Virus record (IMG/VR): IMGVR_UViG_3300020576_001727
Coordinates: 39,062 to 103,061 of that record
Origin: a virus
Taxonomy: Duplodnaviria > Heunggongvirae > Uroviricota > Caudoviricetes
Reading direction: 5' to 3' (one strand)
Length of the DNA stretch: 64,000 bases
The notes below the pieces were generated by a model. It was not told the origin of the DNA. It saw nothing but the letters and a program-made list of their open reading frames with translations, and made no database searches. Each line of letters starts with the position of its first letter. The stretch's first letter is position 1. Both the position numbers and the translations under genes were made by a program. Positions 25,838 to 36,491 of the stretch are shown in pieces.

Positions 25838-27163
25838 ATGAGCAACACCGCAACTCCATACATGACAATTTTCAAGGCTGAACAGTTCTTGGAATCCATC
25901 ACAGAACCGGAATCATCCAATCTCTATATGACGATTGGTCGGGTTCATGCTTGGTCCAATGAAGCAAGCCCGGATATTGTTGAAGTCACTCCTACTACCA
26001 TCAACAAACTTTGGAAAAATATGATGGGAGGAAAAAGAATTACTGGTAATGATGTCCGTCATGTAGTTTATCGCAATGACTGGCAAGCTAACACAGTATA
26101 TTCTCAATGGGATCAAGACCAAAACATGTTTGTTGGTCAAGCTAATGCCAATTTCTATGTCGTTACAAATGATTGGAATGTTTATAAATGCCTTTTCAAT
26201 AATAATGGGGCAAATTCGACAATCCAGCCTAACACAACTACTACGTCGATTTTGACAACACAAGATGGTTACATCTGGAAATTCTTGTATAACATCACTC
26301 CATTTGAACGTTCCCGTTTTGTCAACGATCAATACATTCCTGTTAAAAAACTATCCTATAACAACAATTCATTGCAATGGACTGTTCAGGATGCTGCTGT
26401 TGATGGTGCGATCTATGCCATTGAAATTACCAATCCCGGAGAAGGCTATGCCAACGCCAATACGATTTCAATTGCAATCGACGGGGATGGTGAAGCCGCT
26501 CTAGCTTTGGCGACGATCAATGCGGCAAGCAACACTCTTTCCACAATTTACATGACAAATTATGGTAGTGGTTACTCCAATGCGAAGATTACCATAAACG
26601 ATACCGGAAATGGCATCAATGGACAGGCTAGAGCCTTGTATAGTCCATATGGAGGGCATGGAAGCAATCCAATCTATGAATTGGGTGGAACCAATTTGAT
26701 GATTTCCTTGCGTATGAAGCCAAACGAAACCGATTTATTGACAACAAATGCCCAATTCAGACAGGTCGCCTTGGTTTCAAATCCTATTCGATTTGGGACG
26801 AGCAACGTCGAATCAAACACATATTTTTCGGCAATGACCGAAATTACAGTGTCGGGAGCATCCGGAGATTATGCAGAAGGTGAATATGTTTATCAAGGCG
26901 TAAACACGGTTGATGCTACCTTTATCGGATTGGTTGCGGAATGGAATTCGAGCAATTCCAAATTGAAACTAACAAACGTGACAGGCTCTCCAACAACAGA
27001 CACGTTGATTGGAGCAAATACCGGATCACTTTCTTTCTTGATTTCGTATAAAAATGAAGAAGTTATCCACAATTCCGGGCAAGTCCTGTTCATAAATAAC
27101 ATAGAAGCTATCCAACGTGATCCTGATCAGACCGAAGAATTTAAGATCATTTTGAATTTTTAA
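25838..27163 (+). CDS. gp8: Baseplate wedge subunit
   Basis: LYMTIGR...W..E..P, FYVVTNDWNVYKCLFNNNG, DGYIWKFLY, C-terminal IQRDPDQTEEFKIILNF. Confidence 0.92.
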   Translation: MSNTATPYMTIFKAEQFLESITEPESSNLYMTIGRVHAWSNEASPDIVEVTPTTINKLWKNMMGGKRITGNDVRHVVYRNDWQANTVYSQWDQDQNMFVGQANANFYVVTNDWNVYKCLFNNNGANSTIQPNTTTTSILTTQDGYIWKFLYNITPFERSRFVNDQYIPVKKLSYNNNSLQWTVQDAAVDGAIYAIEITNPGEGYANANTISIAIDGDGEAALALATINAASNTLSTIYMTNYGSGYSNAKITINDTGNGINGQARALYSPYGGHGSNPIYELGGTNLMISLRMKPNETDLLTTNAQFRQVALVSNPIRFGTSNVESNTYFSAMTEITVSGASGDYAEGEYVYQGVNTVDATFIGLVAEWNSSNSKLKLTNVTGSPTTDTLIGANTGSLSFLISYKNEEVIHNSGQVLFINNIEAIQRDPDQTEEFKIILNF

Positions 27164-27172
27164 GAGAAAAGA

Positions 27173-30100
27173 ATGGCCAAAGTCAATATTTCCAACTCTC
27201 AAATCGTAACAACTGAAATGAGAAATAGTCCCTATTATAACGATTGGGACGAAGATAAGAACTATCATGCAATGGTATTTCGTCCTGAATTTGCTGTTCA
27301 GGCGCGCGAACTATCTCAACTTGGTTCTATCTTGCAAAACCAGATCGAAAGATTTGGCCAACATATGTTTGTTAACGGAACTCCTGTTTTGGGTGGCGGA
27401 ATCGACTTCGCGGCTGTTACAACACTCAATCTTGCCTCCACTTATAATGGCGTCGATATCGATGTCAATGATTTTGCAAACACTCGCGTTCAATATTCCA
27501 GCAATACCAATGTTCTAGGTGAAGTTTGGGGAGTAAGTGACGCCAATGCAAACGAGCCGCCGAACATTCATTTGAGATATACAACAGCCGAAGATTTTGG
27601 ACCGGGCGACACTATCAAGGTCGCGGGGCAAAGCGTCTATGCCAACGTAATTTCTTCTGCAAATGCGGTTTCCAATGGGTTTGCTGCTTTCATCTATGAC
27701 TCCGTATATTTCGTGGACGGATATTTCATCAAAGTTCCAAAGCAGACAATCATTGTCGAAAAATATCGTTATGCAGGAGCGAACGTCAAGATCGGTTTGG
27801 AAAAGAACAAGACAATTGTTACTGAAAATGACGATTCCAGCTTGCTCGATCCCGCTGCTGAATCTTCCAACTTTGACGCGCCGGGAGCGCACCGTTTCAA
27901 GTTTGAATTGAACCTGACAACCAGAACACTCGAATCAGATGATTTGGAAGAATTCATCGAACTGGCACGATTTGAAGATGGTGTCTTGGTTAATAAAGTC
28001 GAAAATACCAAGTATGCCGAACTTGAAGAAATGTTGGCACGTCGCACTTATGATGAATCTGGAAACTATACAGTTCGTCCTTTCATCGGTGACGTTCGCG
28101 AAAAAGACGCCGACGAAGTTTATTTCACTTTATCGCCGGGTAAAGCTTACATCAACGGTTATGAATATGAAACCATTGCCGATACTCGCCTGACAGTTCC
28201 AAAAGCAAGAGTGAAAGCCAACACAGTCGAAAACTATGACTTGAACATGAATTATGGCAACTATGTCATTGTCGATAATGTGGCAGGAACATTTGATGGA
28301 ACGACTATGGAATTGGTCGATATGCATTGCGTTCCGGGTCATCTGATCGATTTTTCCGGTTCAACAGTTTATTCCAAAACAAAGATTGGAACGGCTCGCG
28401 TTGTTGACATGAACTTTTATGGCGGGGACGCAAATACAATCCTACGCAAGCACGAATTGTATTTGACCGATACTCGTTTTACGTCTCTGTCCAGCAATCT
28501 TGCTTCTTCTGCTTCATTGTCCCAAGTCACATTCCAGTCGGGTCAAGTCTCTCCACAACATCACGCTTACGTGAACAATACAATTCGTCTGATCAGCGGA
28601 CCCGGGGCAGGATATGTTGGTTTGATCACTTCCTATAACGGAACATCAAGAATTGCAACGGTTAATCCGCCATTCCAGACACAACCAACAAACGCAACCA
28701 ATTATCGTATCGAATTCGCATTTCAAGATGTCGAATCCTTTACCAAACATACTTCCTATACATCGGGAGCAACTTCCAACTCGAATTGCAATATAACACT
28801 TCTGAACAAGCGTTATAGATTTGGACAGGAAGGCATCGATTATGGAGCGCCGGTCATTATCAGCGAACCAAGCTTGAACAAGTTGATTTTCCCTTATCCT
28901 AACGAATTCATTGCGAATAATATCGTCACTGACTCCTACCTATATCGAAGAAAATATAGCGGTGTCCAGTTTACGGACGGTGTTTCGGCTGCAATCACGG
29001 CGGGAGCTACTGAAGACTTCGAAGGGGCTACAGCTTCATCCGGCATTGCCTCGACAGTCATGGATAATTTCCTGATTTTCTGTGAAAATTCACAGGGATC
29101 GACAAGAGCGAATGGTGAACAGATTTCTGCATCTGTCACAATTTCCGGTTCACCTGAACAGGCGACTTTCAATACTGCTTTGGGAACGGCTGACACGTTT
29201 ACCGCGACAATCTTTGCCAAAATGGAAAATACAGGCGCGGGAGCGGTTCCAAGAGTCAAGACTTTGGTTCTGGCAAACACCAAGATTTTTGCTAGACAGG
29301 GTTCGGCTAACGCATCAATTCTTTCGTCTTATAATTCAAACACTCACGTTTTCCTAAATGACGGACAGGTTTTGATTTCAAATCCTTCCAAGTCAACAAC
29401 CGTCAAACAAAGTTTGTATATTTCAGACGTTCAAAGCATCGTTAAAATCTATAATTTGAATGGCGCAACATTAAGTGGTGGCGCGAATCTTCAATCATTT
29501 GCAGACGTGACAAGTTATTATTCGTTTGATAATGGACAACGCGCAAGCTATTATGATCATGCTTCTATTACACTTAAGCCGGGTTATAATGCACCAAAAG
29601 GCGCATTGCTTGTTTGCACTCGTTATTACAAGTCGGGTGGAGATACTGGATATTTCAACGTCGATTCCTATCCAAGCTTGGACGAAGACATTACGGAAGA
29701 AACAGTCAACATCGGAACCGGTTATGCCTTGATTCCTACTTTCGAGAATATTCCTCTAAGAGACGCAATCGACTTCAGACCGGTTCGTTTGAATGCAAGC
29801 GGCACGACTCCAAACTTCTCTTTGGTTGGTATCAAGACTCCTATTCCAGCAACAGATTTACAGTCTAGTTACTCCTATTATTTGGGAAGAAAAGACTTGA
29901 TTGTTGCAATGCCAAACAGACAGATCGAATTGATTCAGGGTGAGCCTGATTTGAATCCAAAATTCCCTCCTGTGCCAGCAACGGGAATGATTTTGTATCG
30001 TCTGACAGTGCCGCCTTATACTCTTAGCTATAGCAATGTCATTGCCCAATATGTGGAAAACAAACGATATACAATGCGCGACATTGGTTTGATTGATACT

Positions 30101-30838
30101 CGTCTAAAGAACGTCGAATATTACGTTTCTTTGAGTTTGTTGGAAAAATCAGCTTTTGATTTGAATATCACAGACCAAAACGGATTGCCTCGCACCAAAT
30201 ATGGAATTCTTGCTGAAAACTTCACCGGGCACGAACTAGGTGCATCTGATCGTGATGACTATGTTATTTCGGTCGATTTGCAAGGAAAAATCTATAATGG
30301 TCGCGCGGTTCCAACAACCAATATAGAATCATCGCAACTTCAGCCAATATCATATACTAACGTTAAGTTGACGGGTGGGCAGAAAGCAACTTTGACATAT
30401 AACGTTGCCTTTGGAATGGGTCAACATGCACCGACAAAAACAACAGACCCACAAGTTGTTGGGGATTTGACTGGTTATATTCGAACAATTCCAGAAGCAG
30501 ACGTTTATTACACGCCTAAAGTTTATGAAGTCAAGCCTCCTGTCGGCAATCCTCTTCCTCCGGGCGGGAAGCCACCGGGTGGCGGCGATGGCGGCGGCGA
30601 TGGAGGCGGCGGTGGTGGCGGCGGTGGAGGTCTATGGGATAGTGTTCCGAGAAACTCGATAACTCCTATCAGCGAACCAACGGTTGGACCGGAAATAGGA
30701 ACTGGTGACACAGACCCAACCGAACCGACCGAAGCTTTGCCGCCAAGCCCATATACAAATCCTGTGGGTAAGCCGTCCGCTGCGATTCCTGTCATTCAAC
30801 CAATTCGCGGACAAATTGCCAGTGACCCTAACGGTTAA
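27173..30838 (+). CDS. VrlC-like (DUF4815-type) baseplate/fibre attachment protein, N-terminal part
   Basis: SPYYNDWDEDKNY...FRP.FAVQARELSQL...LQNQIE.FG, PGAHR, LARRTYDESGNY, ENKRYTMRDIG....R.KN.EYY..LSLLE. Confidence 0.8.
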   Translation: MAKVNISNSQIVTTEMRNSPYYNDWDEDKNYHAMVFRPEFAVQARELSQLGSILQNQIERFGQHMFVNGTPVLGGGIDFAAVTTLNLASTYNGVDIDVNDFANTRVQYSSNTNVLGEVWGVSDANANEPPNIHLRYTTAEDFGPGDTIKVAGQSVYANVISSANAVSNGFAAFIYDSVYFVDGYFIKVPKQTIIVEKYRYAGANVKIGLEKNKTIVTENDDSSLLDPAAESSNFDAPGAHRFKFELNLTTRTLESDDLEEFIELARFEDGVLVNKVENTKYAELEEMLARRTYDESGNYTVRPFIGDVREKDADEVYFTLSPGKAYINGYEYETIADTRLTVPKARVKANTVENYDLNMNYGNYVIVDNVAGTFDGTTMELVDMHCVPGHLIDFSGSTVYSKTKIGTARVVDMNFYGGDANTILRKHELYLTDTRFTSLSSNLASSASLSQVTFQSGQVSPQHHAYVNNTIRLISGPGAGYVGLITSYNGTSRIATVNPPFQTQPTNATNYRIEFAFQDVESFTKHTSYTSGATSNSNCNITLLNKRYRFGQEGIDYGAPVIISEPSLNKLIFPYPNEFIANNIVTDSYLYRRKYSGVQFTDGVSAAITAGATEDFEGATASSGIASTVMDNFLIFCENSQGSTRANGEQISASVTISGSPEQATFNTALGTADTFTATIFAKMENTGAGAVPRVKTLVLANTKIFARQGSANASILSSYNSNTHVFLNDGQVLISNPSKSTTVKQSLYISDVQSIVKIYNLNGATLSGGANLQSFADVTSYYSFDNGQRASYYDHASITLKPGYNAPKGALLVCTRYYKSGGDTGYFNVDSYPSLDEDITEETVNIGTGYALIPTFENIPLRDAIDFRPVRLNASGTTPNFSLVGIKTPIPATDLQSSYSYYLGRKDLIVAMPNRQIELIQGEPDLNPKFPPVPATGMILYRLTVPPYTLSYSNVIAQYVENKRYTMRDIGLIDTRLKNVEYYVSLSLLEKSAFDLNITDQNGLPRTKYGILAENFTGHELGASDRDDYVISVDLQGKIYNGRAVPTTNIESSQLQPISYTNVKLTGGQKATLTYNVAFGMGQHAPTKTTDPQVVGDLTGYIRTIPEADVYYTPKVYEVKPPVGNPLPPGGKPPGGGDGGGDGGGGGGGGGGLWDSVPRNSITPISEPTVGPEIGTGDTDPTEPTEALPPSPYTNPVGKPSAAIPVIQPIRGQIASDPNG

Positions 30839-30846
30839 ACAAAGAA

Positions 30847-30854
30847 AATAAATA
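30847..30854 (+). promoter_or_regulatory. Late promoter, 7 nt before ATG 30862
   Basis: AATAAATA with no SD between it and the ATG. Confidence 0.5.
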
Positions 30855-30861
30855 ACTAGCC

Positions 30862-33579
30862 ATGACAACAACAATTACATCTAGTATTTCCTCTGATAAA
30901 TCGTCCGGAACGGGAGTTCCAACTAACGGGGGTGGAATCTATAATTCCACCACAACCGTTGCGTTGCCAGTAGCAAAGCCGGATGATCCTTATAAACCAT
31001 ATATGCGTAATCTAGATATTGATGTTGCGGCGGCGCAATTGCGTCCGCGCCGTCAAGTTTATGTTTATTTTGATGAAATTAACATGGCTGGTTTTTGGGA
31101 AAATCCAAACATCGTAACTATTTCGGGAGGAAGACCACAAGCCGGGTCGCCTCGTTTTGAAGACGTTCTTTACAAGCAATCTGAAGATGCATCGATTGCG
31201 GGAGGTAATGCTCGAATTTTGCTTGCCGAAGCAGATTTTGTTATGAACAGAACCAATGTTTACATTACCGCTATCGACGGATTGAAATCTGCTGTCACTA
31301 CTGCAAACACAATTCGAGGAATGGAAAGCGGCAATGTTGGAACAATTATCGGATATGAACATCGTTCTGGTTATATTCGCCCGGGTTCAAACAACAGCCA
31401 TATCGTCATGGCATTGGACGCAAACAGCACCATCAATAATTACTATGTCGGAAACAATTTGACAATTGTAACAGGCGCTAATGCCGGTCGTCAAGGTGCT
31501 AATATTATTTCGTATAATGCACAAACCAGAACCGCGCGAGTCTCTCCTGCTTTTCCTTACAGACAGGCAAATGCAATCTATTCATTGGGCGATGCTCGAA
31601 AGCCATATTCAGCCAATGTCTGGCAAGCTGCTTATACAACAGAATTTGGCTTCTTTGCGGGTGTTCTTCACATTCCAAATCCTGCAAATAATCGAGTCAA
31701 ATTTCTTACTGGCGATCATATCCTTACTATTATCGATACTCCGCAAGGACCGGAAAGTGATGATTATCGCACCAAAGCATCTTATAAATTCTCGGCGGCT
31801 CGTCTTGATATCAATCAAACACAGTTGAATCCTAAAAGTTCAACAGCCGGGGTTGGCAATACTTTCAGCAATTCTCTTGTCGGCGGTGGAAGTCCCGGCA
31901 ATGCGTTGACATATCAGCCTATTGGACGCCCACCGACTGGCATGACTTTGCCTACACGTCATCAACCTTTGGCACAAACTTTCCGTATTTTTCCTGACAG
32001 ATGGCCAAATGGCGTATTTCTTCATTCAATCGATCTTTTCTTCCGAGAAAAGGACACGGTTGCTAATCTACCAGTTGTGGTTGAAGTTCGCACAACCGTT
32101 AATGAAATTCCTAGCACCGAAATTCTTCCGGGCGCGGTTGCTGTTGTGCAAAATGACAACATCATTACTTCGGAAAATCCATCCTACAGATACGATCCTG
32201 ATCAGGCGGGTTCTCCCGGGGGAGCGATTCCGAAAGTCGATCCTCAATCGAATACGGCGACACGTTTCCAATTTCCGTCTCCAATATATCTTGCTCCTGC
32301 AACAACCTATGCATTTACAGTCAAGATGCCTACCAATTTCTATGAATTATATGTGGCAGAAGGTGGACAAAAGCGTTGGAATACCAACAATATAATGCAA
32401 AAATTACAGTTTTATGGCGGCGGTTTGTTCAAATCTCAAAATTCTCTTCTTTATCAAATCATCGATAATGAAGACATGATGTTTGGTCTTAACTTCTGTG
32501 AATTCCCCGTTAACACAACGGGAGAATTGATTCTTTCGGAAACCAAGATGCTCGGTGCCGTTGGCAGTGGAACTGTCAGCAATACACCTGAAATAAGAGC
32601 AAATAGCTATGCTGATAGTATGACTATTATTTCTGATACCTTGGAATTGCCAGCTACTAAGGCAAGAGCTTCGTATAGAGCAAGAACAGATTCAAACAAC
32701 ACTGTTGATACTCTATACACAAGTTTCGTTCCTGAAAAAAATATCAATTTCAGAGAAAGAAAGGAAATCATTTCCCCTGATTATTTGCCAAGATCACTTT
32801 ATGTCAAATATCAGTTAAGCACTGTCGATCCGATGGTTTCGCCAGTTGTCTATTATAAGAGACAGGAAGCAATTTTCCACGAAAATATCATCAACAACAT
32901 GCCTTTGTCAAACAATCTTATCAACATTGTTGATGGGGGAGCAAGCTATAATGGTTCTAATACGTCTGTTGTGTTTACGTCAAGAACTGGTTCGGGAGCG
33001 AATGCTTATGTGACAACCAATACAACTACAGGCGAAATCGAAAGCGTCATTGTCGATCAGCCGGGTTCTGGTTATTTCGACAACGTTGAAATTTCTCTCG
33101 TTTCGTCTTCCGGTTCGAACGCTGTTTTGAATGTTAGCCACGAATTGAATGCGTTCGGCGGTCCTGCTTTGATGCGTTATATCTCCAAACCAGCAACTTT
33201 GGCGGATGGTTTCGAAGGCGGTGATCTTCGCGTTTATCTAACCGCAATTCGTCCAGCTACTTCCAATATTCAGGTTTATTTCAAGGTGCGCAATTCCTTG
33301 GATGAAAAGTCATTGGATGAATTGTCTTGGCAGAAAGCAGAACAATATACTTCGCCATATACATATTCGACGGGATTGAAGCCTGTTGAACTGGAATTCA
33401 GACCTTCGAATTCGGAAAACGCTTTGCGTTACGAATCGGGAGAGACGACTTATACAACGTTCAATCAATACCAAATCAAGATTGTCGGATCAAGTTCGGG
33501 AACAACAATTTATGACATTCCTCAATTCTTGGATATGCGTGCGATTGCTTTGCCGGGTGATCCTAACCTAGCGATCTAA
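30862..33579 (+). CDS. VrlC-like baseplate protein, C-terminal part
   Basis: PYMRNLDI......LRP...VYVYFD, PLAQTF....GVFLHSIDLFF..KD, ATRFQFPSPIYL, YQIKIV......P....MRAIAL. Confidence 0.75.
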   Translation: MTTTITSSISSDKSSGTGVPTNGGGIYNSTTTVALPVAKPDDPYKPYMRNLDIDVAAAQLRPRRQVYVYFDEINMAGFWENPNIVTISGGRPQAGSPRFEDVLYKQSEDASIAGGNARILLAEADFVMNRTNVYITAIDGLKSAVTTANTIRGMESGNVGTIIGYEHRSGYIRPGSNNSHIVMALDANSTINNYYVGNNLTIVTGANAGRQGANIISYNAQTRTARVSPAFPYRQANAIYSLGDARKPYSANVWQAAYTTEFGFFAGVLHIPNPANNRVKFLTGDHILTIIDTPQGPESDDYRTKASYKFSAARLDINQTQLNPKSSTAGVGNTFSNSLVGGGSPGNALTYQPIGRPPTGMTLPTRHQPLAQTFRIFPDRWPNGVFLHSIDLFFREKDTVANLPVVVEVRTTVNEIPSTEILPGAVAVVQNDNIITSENPSYRYDPDQAGSPGGAIPKVDPQSNTATRFQFPSPIYLAPATTYAFTVKMPTNFYELYVAEGGQKRWNTNNIMQKLQFYGGGLFKSQNSLLYQIIDNEDMMFGLNFCEFPVNTTGELILSETKMLGAVGSGTVSNTPEIRANSYADSMTIISDTLELPATKARASYRARTDSNNTVDTLYTSFVPEKNINFRERKEIISPDYLPRSLYVKYQLSTVDPMVSPVVYYKRQEAIFHENIINNMPLSNNLINIVDGGASYNGSNTSVVFTSRTGSGANAYVTTNTTTGEIESVIVDQPGSGYFDNVEISLVSSSGSNAVLNVSHELNAFGGPALMRYISKPATLADGFEGGDLRVYLTAIRPATSNIQVYFKVRNSLDEKSLDELSWQKAEQYTSPYTYSTGLKPVELEFRPSNSENALRYESGETTYTTFNQYQIKIVGSSSGTTIYDIPQFLDMRAIALPGDPNLAI

Positions 33580-33581
33580 AA

Positions 33582-33797
33582 ATGACAGATTTTGCAAAAA
33601 TTGAAAATCTTGAAGGCTATGTCAAAGACCTTAGAACTGGTGCAATTGTCCTTCAAGATAGAAATATTGAAAAGAAAATGAATCTCGAAAGAGAGAAAAT
33701 TGAAAAAGAAATGAAGGCTCGGAATGAAATTGTGGAATTGCGTAAAGAAGTCCAAGAAATTAAAGAACTATTAAAGAGATTGATCAATAATGGCTAG
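33582..33797 (+). CDS. Small coiled-coil protein
   Basis: KDLRTGAIV...LRKEVQEIKELLKRLI, a type often found before fibre genes in T4-like phages. Confidence 0.65.
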   Translation: MTDFAKIENLEGYVKDLRTGAIVLQDRNIEKKMNLEREKIEKEMKARNEIVELRKEVQEIKELLKRLINNG

Positions 33798-35370
33798 TTT
33801 TTCCAATGTAAGTCTGGCAACGTTAGTTACAAGCTGGATTATCGAATTCAATAAGATAGCAAAATATCTTACTGATCAAGTCTATACGACTTCGATTAGC
33901 GATTCGTCTAATTCAAACATTGCAACAGCCGCTGCCGTCAACACTTTGCATGATAAAGTTATTTCGTCCTATGCGGTGGCAAACAGTGCTGCCAATACTT
34001 CTGTTGGTGCTTTCGCTTCTCTCAATGCAGAAACAATTCGTTTGACTTCTGCATTTACTCAAGCTAATACTGCAAATCTTGTGGCGAATGAAGCATCGAA
34101 CGTTGCGATAGGCGCATTTGCAAAAGGTAATACAGAAGGTTCTAGATTAACTTCTGCATATGCAACCGTCAATGCCGAAACGACTCGCTTGACTTCTGCA
34201 TTTACTCAAGCTAATACTGCAAATCTTGTGGCGAATGAAGCGTCGAACGTTGCAATAGGATCGTTTTCAAAGGTTAATACAGAAGCAACTCGTCTGACTT
34301 CGGCGTTCGCGGATGCCAACTCTTCTAATGTTCGATCAATTTCGGCGTTTGATAGAGCAAATACAGCCAACACAACTGCGGTCGCGGCATTTGCTTATGC
34401 CAATTCTCTTTATGGCGGTTCTGTTGCTGCCGCCTTTGAGCAAGCAAATACTGCGAATCTTGTTGCCAAGGAAGCTGCCAATGTTGCTACTGGTGCCTTT
34501 ACCAAAGCCAACACAGAAGCAACTCGATTGACTTCTGCTTTTGCGGTGGCGAATACTGCCGATTCGATAGCAGATCAAGCAACTTTAACCGGTCAAGGGG
34601 CTTTCAATAAAGCCAATACGGAATCAACTCGCCTAACTTCAGCCTTTGCACAAGCAAATACGGCAAATACAAATGCTGGACAGGCTCTATTGGTCGGTCA
34701 AGGGGCTTTCAATAAAGGCAACACAGAAGGTTCTAGATTGACTTCCGCCTATGCAACCGTCAATACGGAATCAAATAGACTTACTTCCGCCTTTGCAAAA
34801 GCAAACTCTGCTCAAAGTGACGCTGCGACTGGACTTATTCAATCCAGTTCGGCATTCGATATAGCTAACAACGCGTTCGACATATCCTCGGTTGTTTATG
34901 ATTTTCTATTTCTACCAAATCCGTTTCAAACACCTCTTGATAATCTTTATGCTGCAAAAGGTTCCACCGGAACATGGACTCCGGAATTCGTCGGGCAGAC
35001 CACACCCGGGACATTCACTTATACGACTCAAGTAGGAACATATGCAAAAATTGGTAATATCGTTCTCGCATCTTTTGTCTGCACGGTGAACGTTCAATCA
35101 GTTGCCGCTGTTGGAACGTTAATAATTAATGGTTTACCATTCAACTCAAATGAAGGAACATTAAGATACGCCGGGTCCGTAGGCGCAGTCTCCGGCGTGG
35201 GAACACTGCCTACTAACTGGGCGGGCTGGGCACTTAGATTGCACGGCGCTGCTTCTTTGGGTGTATTATATTATAATTCGACAACAGGCGAGACATCAGT
35301 TGCACAAGGTAGTGTCGTCGCTTCCAGTTTTTCTATGTCCGGCACAATCGTTTATAGAACGGCTTCATAA
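33790..35370 (+). CDS. Tail fibre / whisker with a 14-residue coiled-coil repeat stalk and a receptor-binding tip
   Basis: N-terminal W...FN anchor, ANTANLVA/ETTRLTSAF repeats, C-terminal GTWTP...GTYAKIGNIV...GLPF...MSGTIVYRT. Confidence 0.75.
   Translation: MASFSNVSLATLVTSWIIEFNKIAKYLTDQVYTTSISDSSNSNIATAAAVNTLHDKVISSYAVANSAANTSVGAFASLNAETIRLTSAFTQANTANLVANEASNVAIGAFAKGNTEGSRLTSAYATVNAETTRLTSAFTQANTANLVANEASNVAIGSFSKVNTEATRLTSAFADANSSNVRSISAFDRANTANTTAVAAFAYANSLYGGSVAAAFEQANTANLVAKEAANVATGAFTKANTEATRLTSAFAVANTADSIADQATLTGQGAFNKANTESTRLTSAFAQANTANTNAGQALLVGQGAFNKGNTEGSRLTSAYATVNTESNRLTSAFAKANSAQSDAATGLIQSSSAFDIANNAFDISSVVYDFLFLPNPFQTPLDNLYAAKGSTGTWTPEFVGQTTPGTFTYTTQVGTYAKIGNIVLASFVCTVNVQSVAAVGTLIINGLPFNSNEGTLRYAGSVGAVSGVGTLPTNWAGWALRLHGAASLGVLYYNSTTGETSVAQGSVVASSFSMSGTIVYRTAS
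34042..34260 (+). repeat. Near-perfect tandem duplication with a 147-bp (49-aa) period inside the fibre gene
   Basis: TTGACTTCTGCATTTACTCAAGCTAATACTGCAAATCTTGTGGCGAATGAAGC starts at both 34042 and 34189. Confidence 0.9.
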
Positions 35371-35708
35371 TGACGAAATATCTAGACCTTTATCTTGACC
35401 AAGGCGCTGATTTTGAAAAGAATATTCGTCTCTTGGACGAGTCAACCGGCAATAGCATCAATATTGCCGGTTACTCTTTTACGTCGAAAATCAGAAAAGG
35501 TCCGTTGACGACCAATACGGCAGGAGTTTTTACAACTTCGATTGTCAATGCATCAAATGGAACATTCCGTATCTCGATAAACTCTGCCAACACAAGCAAT
35601 ATCGAATTTGGACGTTATGTCTATGATATTATTCAGACAAATACGTCCAACACCAAAACTAAAATTTATGACGGGATAGTGATTGTCTCGCCGGGAGTAT
35701 CGCGATGA
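35370..35708 (+). CDS. Small structural adaptor (BppU-like fold)
   Basis: DLYLDQGADF......D.STG..INIAGY.F.SKIRK...GRYVYD...IYDG.V.VSPGV. Confidence 0.65.
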   Translation: MTKYLDLYLDQGADFEKNIRLLDESTGNSINIAGYSFTSKIRKGPLTTNTAGVFTTSIVNASNGTFRISINSANTSNIEFGRYVYDIIQTNTSNTKTKIYDGIVIVSPGVSR

Positions 35709-36451
35709 AACCAGTCAATAGAGCGCAATTTCGAGAATATTGCCTAAGAGCCTTGGGTAAAGGCGTCACCGAACAAAATATGGACCCGGATCAAATCGAG
35801 GATCGAATTGACGAAGCCTTGGATTTTTGGCGAAATTTCCATCATGACGCAACCCAACGTGTCTATTTACAGCATCAAATTACACAGACCGATATAGATA
35901 ATCAGTATATTCCTGTAAATAATGATGTTCTGGCAATCACTCGAATTTTTCGTTCGGGCGGTAGTTCAGGTTCGGGCAACATCAACATGTTCGATCTTCG
36001 CTACCAGATTTTCTTGAACGATTTTGTCAGTTTCCGAGCAACGGCGCACTTGGATTATTTCTTGATTCGTCAATATCTTGCGCAAATTGATGAACTTTTT
36101 GTTGGAGAAATTCCTATTACTTTTAATCGTCATACAGACAGATTGAATTTGCATTGGGATTGGGAAACCGACGCCGTTCTTAATCAATACATCATCATTG
36201 AAGCTTTGGTCGAACTGGACGTTGATACCTATCCTCAAATTTGGTCGGATCGAATGTTGCAAAAGCTTTGCATCGCCTACCTTAAGCGTCAATGGGGAGC
36301 GAACTTGGCTAAATTTGATGTTATTCAGTTGCTAGGTGGCGCACAGTTGCGAGGCGGGGAAATCTATGCCGAAGCAATGCAGGAAATCGAAACAATAGAA
36401 CAAAAAATTCGAGACGAGTTTGAAGAACCACCGCGAATGCAAATTGGTTAA
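35705..36451 (+). CDS. gp13: Neck protein
   Basis: F.EYCLRALGK.V......DQIEDRIDEAL.F...H, KRQWGANL.KF..IQL.GG..L.G..IY.EA..E. Confidence 0.93.
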   Translation: MKPVNRAQFREYCLRALGKGVTEQNMDPDQIEDRIDEALDFWRNFHHDATQRVYLQHQITQTDIDNQYIPVNNDVLAITRIFRSGGSSGSGNINMFDLRYQIFLNDFVSFRATAHLDYFLIRQYLAQIDELFVGEIPITFNRHTDRLNLHWDWETDAVLNQYIIIEALVELDVDTYPQIWSDRMLQKLCIAYLKRQWGANLAKFDVIQLLGGAQLRGGEIYAEAMQEIETIEQKIRDEFEEPPRMQIG

Positions 36452-36491
36452 GCGATTAGAATACTAGGAGGTAGATTGTTCCAAAAATCCA

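Noticed and set aside
22780-33100. Recurrent (P/G)GSGY modules in gp6, gp7, gp8 and the VrlC C-part
   Set aside because: They are a known feature of baseplate proteins in non-coliphage T4-like viruses, not specific to this genome.
17340-35370. Fibre repeats as a CRISPR array or diversity-generating retroelement (TR/VR)
   Set aside because: The repeats are in-frame and degenerate at synonymous sites, with no constant repeat-spacer period. I saw no reverse transcriptase and no adenine-specific mismatch pair for either tip domain.
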